A stretch of 64,000 nt of DNA, taken from assembly GCA_040954595.2 (NCBI GenBank), contig JBECUI020000029.1:1-64000 (forward strand), read 5' to 3'. This stretch comes from Balanoglossus misakiensis (Eukaryota > Animalia > Hemichordata). The translations under genes and the position numbers were made by a program. The notes beneath the pieces are model-generated. The model was given only the letters and a program-made list of their open reading frames with translations, made no database searches and was not told the origin of the DNA. Of this stretch, positions 52,809-64,000 are shown piece by piece (position 1 is the stretch's first letter; each line of letters starts with the position of its first letter).

Positions 52809-53303
52809 CTAACTAGTTTCTTTCCACTGTGGCCAACGTGGTTCACTGTTTGTGTCAGAATCTCTCTGTTTTGCAAGGATTTTGAAATCATAGTGGTGAC
52901 ATGCATAGTGAAAATCAGCTACTTTCAAATGTCCGTCATGTTCATGCTGTAATTGAATTTTCAAAGCTGGGCTGGCGTGTTTTTTCTTATTTACATAAGT
53001 ATCACACTTTATACATGTATCTTCATGGGGTTTTTTGAGTCCCGTATTTAGGTCCTCTCTCACAATTTTACGAAATATCGTATAACTGACAGTTGTTCTT
53101 CCCAGAAGAGATTGGTTGGTTATGAACTCTCGGTGTAACTGCGATATACTGTGGGCCGGCGCCAGGTACGGTTTAAATCGAGGATTCCTGCAGTAGTGAG
53201 ATTCTACAATTCTGTGCCTGCGTACGTGTTCAGTGATATCAGTCAGCAAATTTGGATTGAGTTTCCGACGATGCCCTTTGTGTCGGCCCCTTGCATCTGG
53301 CAT
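52809..53303 (-). pseudogene. 5'-truncated transposase N-half copy within the 902-bp duplication, unit 4
   Basis: Same as 18157-18651. Confidence 0.8.
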
Positions 53304-53710
53304 CAGACCAGTAAAGTTCCATGTGCATTCCTGGCCCTGGTTTTATTTATGTTTACAGACAATATTGCATTTTTGTACAAGTATTTTAATCAACTATAAA
53401 TTTTGAATGTGTCATTTACCTGAACCGGTCATGTTGACCAGAATGATACATTTCTGCCTTCACTCACCCTATAAATATGTGATTGAGACATAGGTCATTT
53501 GCATAAGCTAACATACCAGAAAGTAAGCATATCTGATGTTTTCCCTGTGTCACTGCCATCAAAGTAAAAATTAGACGTTGTGTAGAGCAAACTCCAATTT
53601 TTTGTTCTCAATAAACATGGATGAATTACATAGAATGTGTTTGTTGTTTACAGTCTTTAAATGACACATTAGATTATGCACTTTACAAAACGTTTCTGAG
53701 AAACAAGTGA

Positions 53711-54667
53711 CTAACTAGTTTCTTTCCACTGTGGCCAACGTGGTTCACTGTTTGTGTCAGAATCTCTCTGTTTTGCAAGGATTTTGAAATCATAGTGGTG
53801 ACATGCATAGTGAAAATCAGCTACTTTCAAATGTCCGTCATGTTCATGCTGTAATTGAATTTTCAAAGCTGGGCTGGCGTGTTTTTTCTTATTTACATAA
53901 GTATCACACTTTATACATGTATCTTCATGGGGTTTTCTGAGTCCCGTATTTAGGTCCTCTCTCACAATTTTACGAAATATCGTATAACTGACAGTTGTTC
54001 TTCCCAGAAGAGATTGGTTGGTTATGAACTCTCGGTGTAACTGCGATATACTGTGGTCCGGTGCCAGGTACGGTTTAAATCGAGGATTCCTGCAGTAGTG
54101 AGATTCTACAATTCTGTGCCTGCGTACGTGTTCAGTGATATCAGTCAGCAAATTTGGATTGAGTTTCCGACGATGCCCTTTGTGTCGGCCCCTTGCATCT
54201 GGCATCAGACCAGTTGAACAGTGCATCATTTTGCTTAGAACGGTTCTAGTCCGCCTCTCACTAATGCCAAATAATTTCAGGAATGCATTTTTGCAGACAG
54301 TAACCGTTTCACCGCCTTCATTCACCAGGTGATAACGAACCGATTTCTTGTGTGACTTCATCTGCATATCCATCAGTTTGTAGAGCATCAAGTTCTGTTC
54401 ATTATACACGCGACCATCAAAATATTTTCTCGTGGTGCCTAAAACATGCGTACTCCCAAGCTTCCGCATACAATTCCCTTGAACGCAGGCGCATTCCAAG
54501 GAAAGACTGTCAATATCTGGAAAAGGGCGATTTTTCCTTGGTTTTTGTCTCGGACACGTCTTTTTAGAATTCCTACGTGGCTTGTTGGCTCGAGCTGACA
54601 GTTCGGTTCTGCGTTGCTGCCACACAGGAATGGGTTCCCACGCATAAGCAACTCCCCGGCAGGCCAT
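53711..54667 (-). CDS. Sola1-like transposase N-terminal half, unit 4
   Basis: Identical protein to unit 2. Confidence 0.8.
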   Translation of the reverse strand: MACRGVAYAWEPIPVWQQRRTELSARANKPRRNSKKTCPRQKPRKNRPFPDIDSLSLECACVQGNCMRKLGSTHVLGTTRKYFDGRVYNEQNLMLYKLMDMQMKSHKKSVRYHLVNEGGETVTVCKNAFLKLFGISERRTRTVLSKMMHCSTGLMPDARGRHKGHRRKLNPNLLTDITEHVRRHRIVESHYCRNPRFKPYLAPDHSISQLHREFITNQSLLGRTTVSYTIFRKIVREDLNTGLRKPHEDTCIKCDTYVNKKKHASPALKIQLQHEHDGHLKVADFHYACHHYDFKILAKQRDSDTNSEPRWPQWKETS

Positions 54668-54714
54668 GGTCACAGCTGAAGTATTTGTTCAAGTACTGAC
54701 TGACTAAACGCGGC

Positions 54715-55848
54715 ATGGAACAAACGAACGAACGACTTCACGTTCGGAAAAAAAATCGTTGCGAGCTGTTGGGTGCATGCCTCTATAGTTGTCGGCAACC
54801 GTTCTTTTTTATTGCTAAACAATGCTGTCAGAGCATGGAAGGTGTGGTGGAAAACGAACAGAGGTTTTGTACGACCAACGATTGGATGGTGCTACATATG
54901 GACTTCCACAAGTCATTGCCGGTTCCTAAACTCAGCTCTGAAGACTTTTACTTTAAATCGAAATTGCAAATGAAGCTCCTTGGAATTTACAACGGGACAA
55001 CGGAAAAGATGCATTGTTATGTATGGACAGAGCTCGATAGCAGAAAGTCTCCCGATGAAGTTATTACCTGTCTAAATCACTTTTTTTATAACTCGGGTGT
55101 GACCAGCAGACATGCAGTTATTTACAGCGACAACTGCCGTGCCGAATTCAAGTGTGGGAAGTTAATGTTTTACTATGACTATCTGTTACGAAAGGGCGTG
55201 TTTCGACGAATTGACTATAAAACTCTTGTGGCTGGACACACGTACTCCACCTGTGACCGAGTTTTTGCGTCCATTGAAAGGCATGCAAGTCGTTTCCAGA
55301 GTATAGAGACACCTCACGATTGGACATCTGTGATTCGAGGATCTTCTCTGAATGGGAACATTGGAGTTACGGAGATGACTCACAGAGACTTTTTCAATTA
55401 TTCTGATTTCCTGAAAAATGAGTACGTTGTGCGTTATGCAGATACAAACAATGTAACTTTTTACTACCAAGCCATGCACTATTTTAATTTTGGAGAAGGA
55501 GAAAGGCTTGATACCGACGGCAACCTCAGAACATTTAGTCATGCAGATAAAGTTTGGGTGAGAACATCTCTAGATCCAAGCGAGACCCCGATTGTAGTCG
55601 ACTTTAGAAAGAAGAAGCAGAACCGGCGTTTACAAGATTGTACGCTGAACAAACTTTATCAGGAACGTCGACCACTGGCGAGCAAAGTTTGGCGGGATCT
55701 TCAGAGTTTAGCCAAAAATTACCTGTCTCCGGAGGCAATAGAATTTTATAGGAATCTACCGCTTCAGGAGAGTAGTGGCACCTCTGCAGACCCGTACGCC
55801 TTTCATGATGATGACGACGACGATGATGATGATATGGGCGGTGGTTGA
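54715..55848 (+). CDS. Sola1-like DDD transposase catalytic half, unit 4
   Basis: Identical protein to unit 1. Confidence 0.85.
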   Translation: MEQTNERLHVRKKNRCELLGACLYSCRQPFFFIAKQCCQSMEGVVENEQRFCTTNDWMVLHMDFHKSLPVPKLSSEDFYFKSKLQMKLLGIYNGTTEKMHCYVWTELDSRKSPDEVITCLNHFFYNSGVTSRHAVIYSDNCRAEFKCGKLMFYYDYLLRKGVFRRIDYKTLVAGHTYSTCDRVFASIERHASRFQSIETPHDWTSVIRGSSLNGNIGVTEMTHRDFFNYSDFLKNEYVVRYADTNNVTFYYQAMHYFNFGEGERLDTDGNLRTFSHADKVWVRTSLDPSETPIVVDFRKKKQNRRLQDCTLNKLYQERRPLASKVWRDLQSLAKNYLSPEAIEFYRNLPLQESSGTSADPYAFHDDDDDDDDDMGGG

Positions 55849-56347
55849 ATAAACTGTCCTTTTCATGACGACAGTGATTTTGGATATTTGATGTGCGTGC
55901 ACAGTTTATATGTAATATTTTCACACGAACGAGTTTTGACTGAATTTGATTAAAGAATGTACTCGATAATTAACAAATGTGCTGAATCGTGGTTATTATG
56001 TTGTTAATTTTTGTTTGTTTGTTTGTTTGTTTGTTTGTTTGTTTGTTTGTAAACAATTTCCGTTCATTCAACTGGCTACAAAGTTGGATTTTTGTACTGG
56101 GAAGCGATAAACTCGCACATCAAAACCGGGGAGACTCGATCATTTTTCCCTGCAGGTAGCCTGAAAAGCACCCGGGCAGAGATTACGTCATATATGGTCC
56201 ACTTTAATACGAAATTATGCAAATGTGACATTTCACGGAAACGGCGTATATAAAAGCGACCCTGGGCTATTGTTCGGAATGCGTCATCGACGAGAGAGTG
56301 ACTGATAATTCTTCTACCTCGAGTCAACCATTCTGTATATACTGAAC

Positions 56348-57685
56348 ATGGCTAGCTGGCGCAGGAAGAGACAAGGCAATGTGCGGTCTGTAATCAACGA
56401 ACGGCACCGCTCAGTTCAGTGTCCCTTTCTTCAAAAGTGGATCGGTGAGCAATTGGTATTTTCAGGTCGTTCAGAGGATGAAGTCCAGTCCAGTACTGTA
56501 TTTGAGAGCTACAAATGTTGGGTTGAAAACTATTCGTCGGCGGACAATCAAGTAATGATTATGGTTACTAAAGCTCGATTTTTCAAGGTGAGAATGATCG
56601 CATTTTTCTTTCCCCCCCCCCCCCTCCCTCCCTCCCTCCCCCAAGGGACTCGTTTTCTGTCTCTTTTAAACCTGTAACTTAACGAAAAGGAAGTTTTTCA
56701 CATATCTCTTCGTTGACACTATAGCAATTTGGAGCGCGGATGCTTCAAGAGAAGAGCGTTACCAAATCAAAGTCGGCCGGGGTTAATATTTATAGAGGTG
56801 TTCGTCTGAAAGCTGGTTCGCGAAGAATCTCAACGGGGAAACCTGAGCACAGTGTACTTCAGACCAGGGCAAGGGCATTTCTTGATGACGCCAGCGTGAC
56901 CGTTCCGATCGAGGTAAGAATGGTGTTTTGTTTGGACTAGGACAATAGAACGTTGCAATGAGTGTGTCAATGGGTGTCCAAGTGCAAACGTGGTCTGCTT
57001 CTGTCCACAAATGCCATTAATTTTTGGCAGGATTTATAAAATTGTCAATGAAGAATACAAAAATGAAAAACAACAGTTAATAGCAAACTGGTAGGATTGC
57101 AAGGGCTTGTAAAACGGTACACACTGTACCAGGAAGTTTGCAACACTAATGAAGAATGTATATGATATATTTAGGTGAGAACTGTTCGCGATCGCCGGGA
57201 CGCAGGACGGTGCGCGTTTTCGACGAGGGATATTCAAGCCTGGGACGTCGTCTGCGAATACCGGGGCACGGTTATTAGCGTTGAAGAAGCTAGTCGGCGT
57301 GATGAGCTTTACAGGGCAGAGGGGAAACGACCACGCATGTTCCATCTCTACATTGGAAAGAGACACGTTGTGTGAGTGTATCACTTAGTCGAATATATGG
57401 TCATATATTGCAAAGCATCTGTCGAAATAGAAAACGTAATATTGTCTATATTTTCCTCATTAACGCAGCATTGACGGATACGATGTCCCAGCCGGTGAAG
57501 AAAATTTAGCAGGCCTAATAAATCACAGTCAGCAGAACGCCAACTTGGTACCGGTTCGGATCGGAGAGCGCCTGGTTTTCTTTGCAACCAGGAATCTTTG
57601 TCAGGGAGTAGAGCTTTTGTATGATTACGGTGACGGGGGTGAAGAGGATTTCTTCAGTGGTTCTCAAACTTTTCCTGAAAATTAA
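56348..57685 (+). CDS. Winged-helix + SET-domain protein (4 exons), unit 4
   Basis: Copy of the unit 2 gene at +34,652. Confidence 0.88.
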
Positions 57686-58588
57686 GGCATTAACACATCA
57701 ACGCTTCGGGGTGTCGTAACGGCGGCGCGGCGGGGGGGGGGGGGACGTGAAAATGTTTGTATCAGGAACAAAATTCCCGTGCAAATCACCTTGATCCGGG
57801 TGGGTGGACTATTCGCGACAAATGTTGAAATCATACAAAGCATTTTACTTAATTAACCCATTTTTTTCATTTATTTGTTTACAGTTTACAACGTCATAGA
57901 GAAGTTGAACTAGAGACTGGATCAGCGTGGGTGACACCATAGTACACCAATGTTTTCTTCAGTTTGATTCAATTGTAATTTAAAACTGAGATTGCCTAAC
58001 GCTTTCCCAGATTTTTTTAACCACTGAGAAACTGTGGGTTTTTTTCTGGGTTTTGGTGCGAGGTGATCTCAGTCAGTGGTGTTAATTTAATTAATCATTT
58101 TCTTTTCCTATTTACGTCGACTGAAATGTATTTTGATAGGTGATAGTCATACCATAAAAAAAATCTTACGGCGCGACTGCCAAAATGTACATTTATTTGT
58201 CCGTTCCAAGTTATTTTGTGTATGTGTGATGGGTGCCGGTGACTGTGCAGGGTTGATTTCCCTAGAGCGACTGTTATATTCGTTTTCCAACGATGATGAA
58301 TTTACATGTTATTTGCTTGGCATTTTGACGCAGAGACACTTCTGAAAACACAAACCTATTAATTATGCCACGGGTGTAAATTGATCACATTAAAAGAGGC
58401 TTTAGACGTTTGCCGCGAGCTCCTGGTGGGCAGAATCTTGTCAGCCCAAATTTGACTATAAGTACATAGCCAATGATGTGACGCTCTCCCACATCCTTCG
58501 CCGCGCCTTTTCGCTGATTTACAGCATCTTGCGTAAACACTGTCATTTGATCTTGCTTGGCAGAAGTCAACTTGCTCTATACTACATT

Positions 58589-58954
58589 ATGGCGGCCAAG
58601 CTCAACTGCATATCAGATAATGCCAAGGAGCGTTTGAGAGGCATCCTCGCCAGAAGGAGTCGCGTTTCCGGTGACTGTGTGCTCTGGACGGGTGCAGCTT
58701 GTCGAAACGGCTATGGCTCTATTACGTTCAGAGATGAGAACACTCTAACCGCCTATGTCCATCACATTGCACTCCTAATTAACGGAGTGCAATTGGTGGG
58801 CAGGCGGTTAGAGTGTTCTCATCTTTGCAACGAAAAGCTATGCATCCGCCCAGAGCACATTGTCCAGGAAACGCGACTCCTAAACATTTCACGAAAGACG
58901 TGCTTTAAATCCCCAAAAGGGGAGTGTCACCACGATCCCAGGTGCCTAAGGTGA
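58589..58954 (+). CDS. His-Cys box endonuclease, unit 4
   Basis: Identical protein to unit 1. Confidence 0.88.
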   Translation: MAAKLNCISDNAKERLRGILARRSRVSGDCVLWTGAACRNGYGSITFRDENTLTAYVHHIALLINGVQLVGRRLECSHLCNEKLCIRPEHIVQETRLLNISRKTCFKSPKGECHHDPRCLR

Positions 58955-60574
58955 GTAATCCTCTTCTCATTTGATATGTATTGTGTGACCCTGCAGTTGA
59001 AACGCTTTCATCAATAATTTGCGGCGCGTGGGTAATCTCGGTGTTATTGACAATGCAGCCGGCCCAAACATTTTTAAATTAACACTGTTTCTGACTGTAT
59101 TAACGAAATGTCCAATTTGCAAGTAGCCTATAGACAACCCTTTTGAATGAGTTTTGTCTCGTTGAGATTTTATACATAAGGAACAATCTAGATTTATTTT
59201 AGAAGACACTGTTCTTTTAAAACAGCTAGCATAATACAGCTAAATTTCGGAATTTCCGGACAATTTTCGGAATTCCTTTTAAATTTGAGAAATTTTTCAT
59301 CAGATATAAGTGTTACTATTTATTGGACATGTTTTTATCATTGTTTACTTTTTAAGGTCATTCTCACCCCCCCCCCCCCCAAAAAAAGCCGCTTTAGGCT
59401 TCATGTTCAGTAAAAAATCTGGAAAGTTCAGCTGAATTTTACACTGATCACACATTTTTGGGAAGGTCTGGCGCAAAATAAAGGATGACAAATGTAAATC
59501 TAATGTCACATTTGTAAACCTCTAAGTATTGTACACTCATTCTATTAAGTATATGCAAATAGTACGGATAATTTTTTCGGAATGTGGAATTCCGAAATTA
59601 GTTCGGAACGTGTTAGCAGTGAAGAGATCACCACTGAGGGTTGGAAGGCCTTGCCAGAAATTAACGCGTAAAGTACGCCCTCACAGGCCATGTAAACAAG
59701 GTCAAATAAGGCCGTCTGGCAAACGAATGATTAATTCAACGCGCCATTTGAGCCGAGCTGAGTTGGTCTGAGTTGCGTATCACACAGACTTAGGCTGAAT
59801 GTCAGTGGAGTAACCAGTCCGTTTTAGATTTACCAATGATGTGAATTTAATTTCTTCACCCAGAAAAACAGAACACAACTTGTCTGCAACATGATGCTGG
59901 AGGTGACACATGACAGAGAAGTGGATCCGCGTTGTCAACACAGATGCCAGCATTCAAAAGGGGAGTGCCACCTGCTAAAATCAACTCATCTGCTGTTGGC
60001 CCATTTTACCTGTGGCAACTGTTCAGAGGAGACAACGTTTATTCCGTGCAAGCCAACACGCAATGTTGGGGTCTACCTGTCAACACAGATGCAAGCATTC
60101 ATGTGAGTGAGTATCAGGACTGACCTTGTATTTGCTGAATAATTCATAATGCCTATTTTAGAATTCTTAGAGGCATTTGGAGTTCATTGCCTGGTCAACC
60201 AAACTACACCCCTTAACAGCTGAAACAAAATGCGTATTGTGTTCATTCATTCATTGCATCAATATATATAGGCAACATGAGTATCAAGTAGCACTATTTG
60301 TTTACGATTGTATTCATGAAAACTTCCCACTAACAATTCCACAGTTAATATTGAACACATTTATCCAACAAGGTCAAAAGAAAAAGGGAATCTTCTGGTT
60401 CCAAAATACGCCACAAATGTGGGTCAACATACAGTGAAATATTATGGTGCTCAAATATGCAACATATCAAATCTGTCTCATCAAAGTCATGCTTTAAAAA
60501 AGAATTGAAAAGGTATTATTTATCCATTTGACTGCTGTATTTTCAGAAGGAAAACAAACTGAATTTGGTTTTTC

Positions 60575-63500
60575 AAGTACCTTATATTTTCTGTAAAATA
60601 GACATTTAATTGGCAAGCCGTCCTGCATCAATTATTAATTGTGTACATGCACTAAAGCGCCCTCACTGCTGGGTGTGTTGTATGGTCTTTAACCCTGTTT
60701 CAAATTAGAGTACTTTCTGCAATTTCAAGACAGATCTTACGTGCCATTGGAGAGCTCCATTGACTGGTCATTCATACTGTTTTCATTCATTCATTGCGGC
60801 ATCAATATATTTTATCTATTCTAGCCAAAGAGCTTGGCACCTGTTGAAATGAACTCATCTGCTGTGGGCCAGTTTATTGGTGGCAGTTGAGCTGAGGAGA
60901 GCACCTTCCTTCCCGGCACGCCACCAAGTAAAGTTCCACGCCGCCCACCACAGATGCCAGCATTCATTCATGCGAGTGAGTGTAATTGCAAATTTGCCTA
61001 TTCTAGATCTGTAATGGAAATGGAGAAAGTACCTTATATTTTCTGTAAAATAGACATTTAATTGGCAAGCCGTCCTGCATCAATTATTAATTGTGTACAT
61101 GCACTAAAGCGCCCTCACTGCTGGGTGTGTTGTATGGTCTTTAACCCTGTTTCAAATTAGAGTACTTTCTGCAATTTCAAGACAGATCTTACGTGCCATT
61201 GGAGAGCTCCATTGACTGGTCATTCATACTGTTTTCATTCATTCATTGCGGCATCAATATATTTTATCTATTCTAGCCAAAGAGCTTGGCACCTGTTGAA
61301 ATGAACTCATCTGCTGTGGGCCAGTTTATTGGTGGCAGTTGAGCTGAGGAGAGCACCTTCCTTCCCGGCACGCCACCAAGTAAAGTTCCACGCCGCCCAC
61401 CACAGATGCCAGCATTCATTCATGCGAGTGAGTGTAATTGCAAATTTGCCTATTCTAGATCTGTAATGGAAATGGAGAAAGTACCTTATATTTTCTGTAA
61501 AATAGACATTTAATTGGCAAGCCGTCCTGCATCAATTATTAATTGTGTACATGCACTAAAGCGCCCTCACTGCTGGGTGTGTTGTATGGTCTTTAACCCT
61601 GTTTCAAATTAGAGTACTTTCTGCAATTTCAAGACAGATCTTACGTGCCATTGGAGAGCTCCATTGACTGGTCATTCATACTGTTTTCATTCATTCATTG
61701 CGGCATCAATATATTTTATCTATTCTAGCCAAAGAGCTTGGCACCTGTTGAAATGAACTCATCTGCTGTGGGCCAGTTTATTGGTGGCAGTTGAGCTGAG
61801 GAGAGCACCTTCCTTCCCGGCACGCCACCAAGTAAAGTTCCACGCCGCCCACCACAGATGCCAGCATTCATTCATGCGAGTGAGTGTAATTGCAAATTTG
61901 CCTATTCTAGATCTGTAATGGAAATGGAGAAAGTACCTTATATTTTCTGTAAAATAGACATTTAATTGGCAAGCCGTCCTGCATCAATTATTAATTGTGT
62001 ACATGCACTAAAGCGCCCTCACTGCTGGGTGTGTTGTATGGTCTTTAACCCTGTTTCAAATTAGAGTACTTTCTGCAATTTCAAGACAGATCTTACGTGC
62101 CATTGGAGAGCTCCATTGACTGGTCATTCATACTGTTTTCATTCATTCATTGCGGCATCAATATATTTTATCTATTCTAGCCAAAGAGCTTGGCACCTGT
62201 TGAAATGAACTCATCTGCTGTGGGCCAGTTTATTGGTGGCAGTTGAGCTGAGGAGAGCACCTTCCTTCCCGGCACGCCACCAAGTAAAGTTCCACGCCGC
62301 CCACCACAGATGCCAGCATTCATTCATGCGAGTGAGTGTAATTGCAAATTTGCCTATTCTAGATCTGTAATGGAAATGGAGAAAGTACCTTATATTTTCT
62401 GTAAAATAGACATTTAATTGGCAAGCCGTCCTGCATCAATTATTAATTGTGTACATGCACTAAAGCGCCCTCACTGCTGGGTGTGTTGTATGGTCTTTAA
62501 CCCTGTTTCAAATTAGAGTACTTTCTGCAATTTCAAGACAGATCTTACGTGCCATTGGAGAGCTCCATTGACTGGTCATTCATACTGTTTTCATTCATTC
62601 ATTGCGGCATCAATATATTTTATCTATTCTAGCCAAAGAGCTTGGCACCTGTTGAAATGAACTCATCTGCTGTGGGCCAGTTTATTGGTGGCAGTTGAGC
62701 TGAGGAGAGCACCTTCCTTCCCGGCACGCCACCAAGTAAAGTTCCACGCCGCCCACCACAGATGCCAGCATTCATTCATGCGAGTGAGTGTAATTGCAAA
62801 TTTGCCTATTCTAGATCTGTAATGGAAATGGAGAAAGTACCTTATATTTTCTGTAAAATAGACATTTAATTGGCAAGCCGTCCTGCATCAATTATTAATT
62901 GTGTACATGCACTAAAGCGCCCTCACTGCTGGGTGTGTTGTATGGTCTTTAACCCTGTTTCAAATTAGAGTACTTTCTGCAATTTCAAGACAGATCTTAC
63001 GTGCCATTGGAGAGCTCCATTGACTGGTCATTCATACTGTTTTCATTCATTCATTGCGGCATCAATATATTTTATCTATTCTAGCCAAAGAGCTTGGCAC
63101 CTGTTGAAATGAACTCATCTGCTGTGGGCCAGTTTATTGGTGGCAGTTGAGCTGAGGAGAGCACCTTCCTTCCCGGCACGCCACCAAGTAAAGTTCCACG
63201 CCGCCCACCACAGATGCCAGCATTCATTCATGCGAGTGAGTGTAATTGCAAATTTGCCTATTCTAGATCTGTAATGGAAATGGAGAAAGTACCTTATATT
63301 TTCTGTAAAATAGACATTTAATTGGCAAGCCGTCCTGCATCAATTATTAATTGTGTACATGCACTAAAGCGCCCTCACTGCTGGGTGTGTTGTATGGTCT
63401 TTAACCCTGTTTCAAATTAGAGTACTTTCTGCAATTTCAAGACAGATCTTACGTGCCATTGGAGAGCTCCATTGACTGGTCATTCATACTGTTTTCATTC

Positions 63501-64000
63501 ATTCATTGCGGCATCAATATATTTTATCTATTCTAGCCAAAGAGCTTGGCACCTGTTGAAATGAACTCATCTGCTGTGGGCCAGTTTATTGGTGGCAGTT
63601 GAGCTGAGGAGAGCACCTTCCTTCCCGGCACGCCACCAAGTAAAGTTCCACGCCGCCCACCACAGATGCCAGCATTCATTCATGCGAGTGAGTGTAATTG
63701 CAAATTTGCCTATTCTAGATCTGTAATGGAAATGGAGAAAGTACCTTATATTTTCTGTAAAATAGACATTTAATTGGCAAGCCGTCCTGCATCAATTATT
63801 AATTGTGTACATGCACTAAAGCGCCCTCACTGCTGGGTGTGTTGTATGGTCTTTAACCCTGTTTCAAATTAGAGTACTTTCTGCAATTTCAAGACAGATC
63901 TTACGTGCCATTGGAGAGCTCCATTGACTGGTCATTCATACTGTTTTCATTCATTCATTGCGGCATCAATATATTTTATCTATTCTAGCCAAAGAGCTTG
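60575..64000 (+). repeat. Satellite array 4 (runs off the window; about 7.6 x 452-bp monomers, no short forms)
   Basis: Direct reading. Confidence 0.95.

Larger units (their letters stand above)
1..64000. repeat. Tandem macro-array of a gene cassette + satellite unit (periods 18,744 / 15,908 / 18,744 bp; 34,652-bp A-B higher-order repeat)
   Basis: The same ORF set recurs at offsets 0, +18,744, +34,652 and +53,396 (e.g. 377-aa ORF at 1319, 20063, 35971, 54715). Diagnostic variants alternate: CLRK in units 1/3 vs CMRK in units 2/4, and homopolymer lengths differ the same way. Confidence 0.97.

Overview
Eukaryotic, probably animal, DNA (spliceosomal introns, Kozak starts, AATAAA signals). The whole window is a head-to-tail tandem array of one composite unit, seen about 3.6 times with alternating periods of 18,744 and 15,908 bp (a 34,652-bp higher-order repeat). 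Each unit has a gene cassette of about 8 kb followed by a satellite block. The cassette carries four genes: (i, ii) a Sola1-like DDD transposase split into two intact, divergently oriented intronless genes, one for the N-terminal DNA-binding/Cys-His half and one for the catalytic half; (iii) a 4-exon gene missed by the ORF track, encoding a winged-helix domain fused to a SETD8/PR-Set7-like SET domain; (iv) a His-Cys-box (I-PpoI-like His-Me finger) endonuclease. The satellite block has 18-28 monomers of 452 bp. Each full monomer is an exon-like core plus a 177-bp insert with imperfect terminal inverted repeats. Short monomers (265/274/275 bp) lack the insert and show four different junctions that resemble excision footprints. 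One satellite block also carries a perfect 424-bp fold-back MITE with a TA duplication. Family assignments come from motif recognition by eye; no searches were run.
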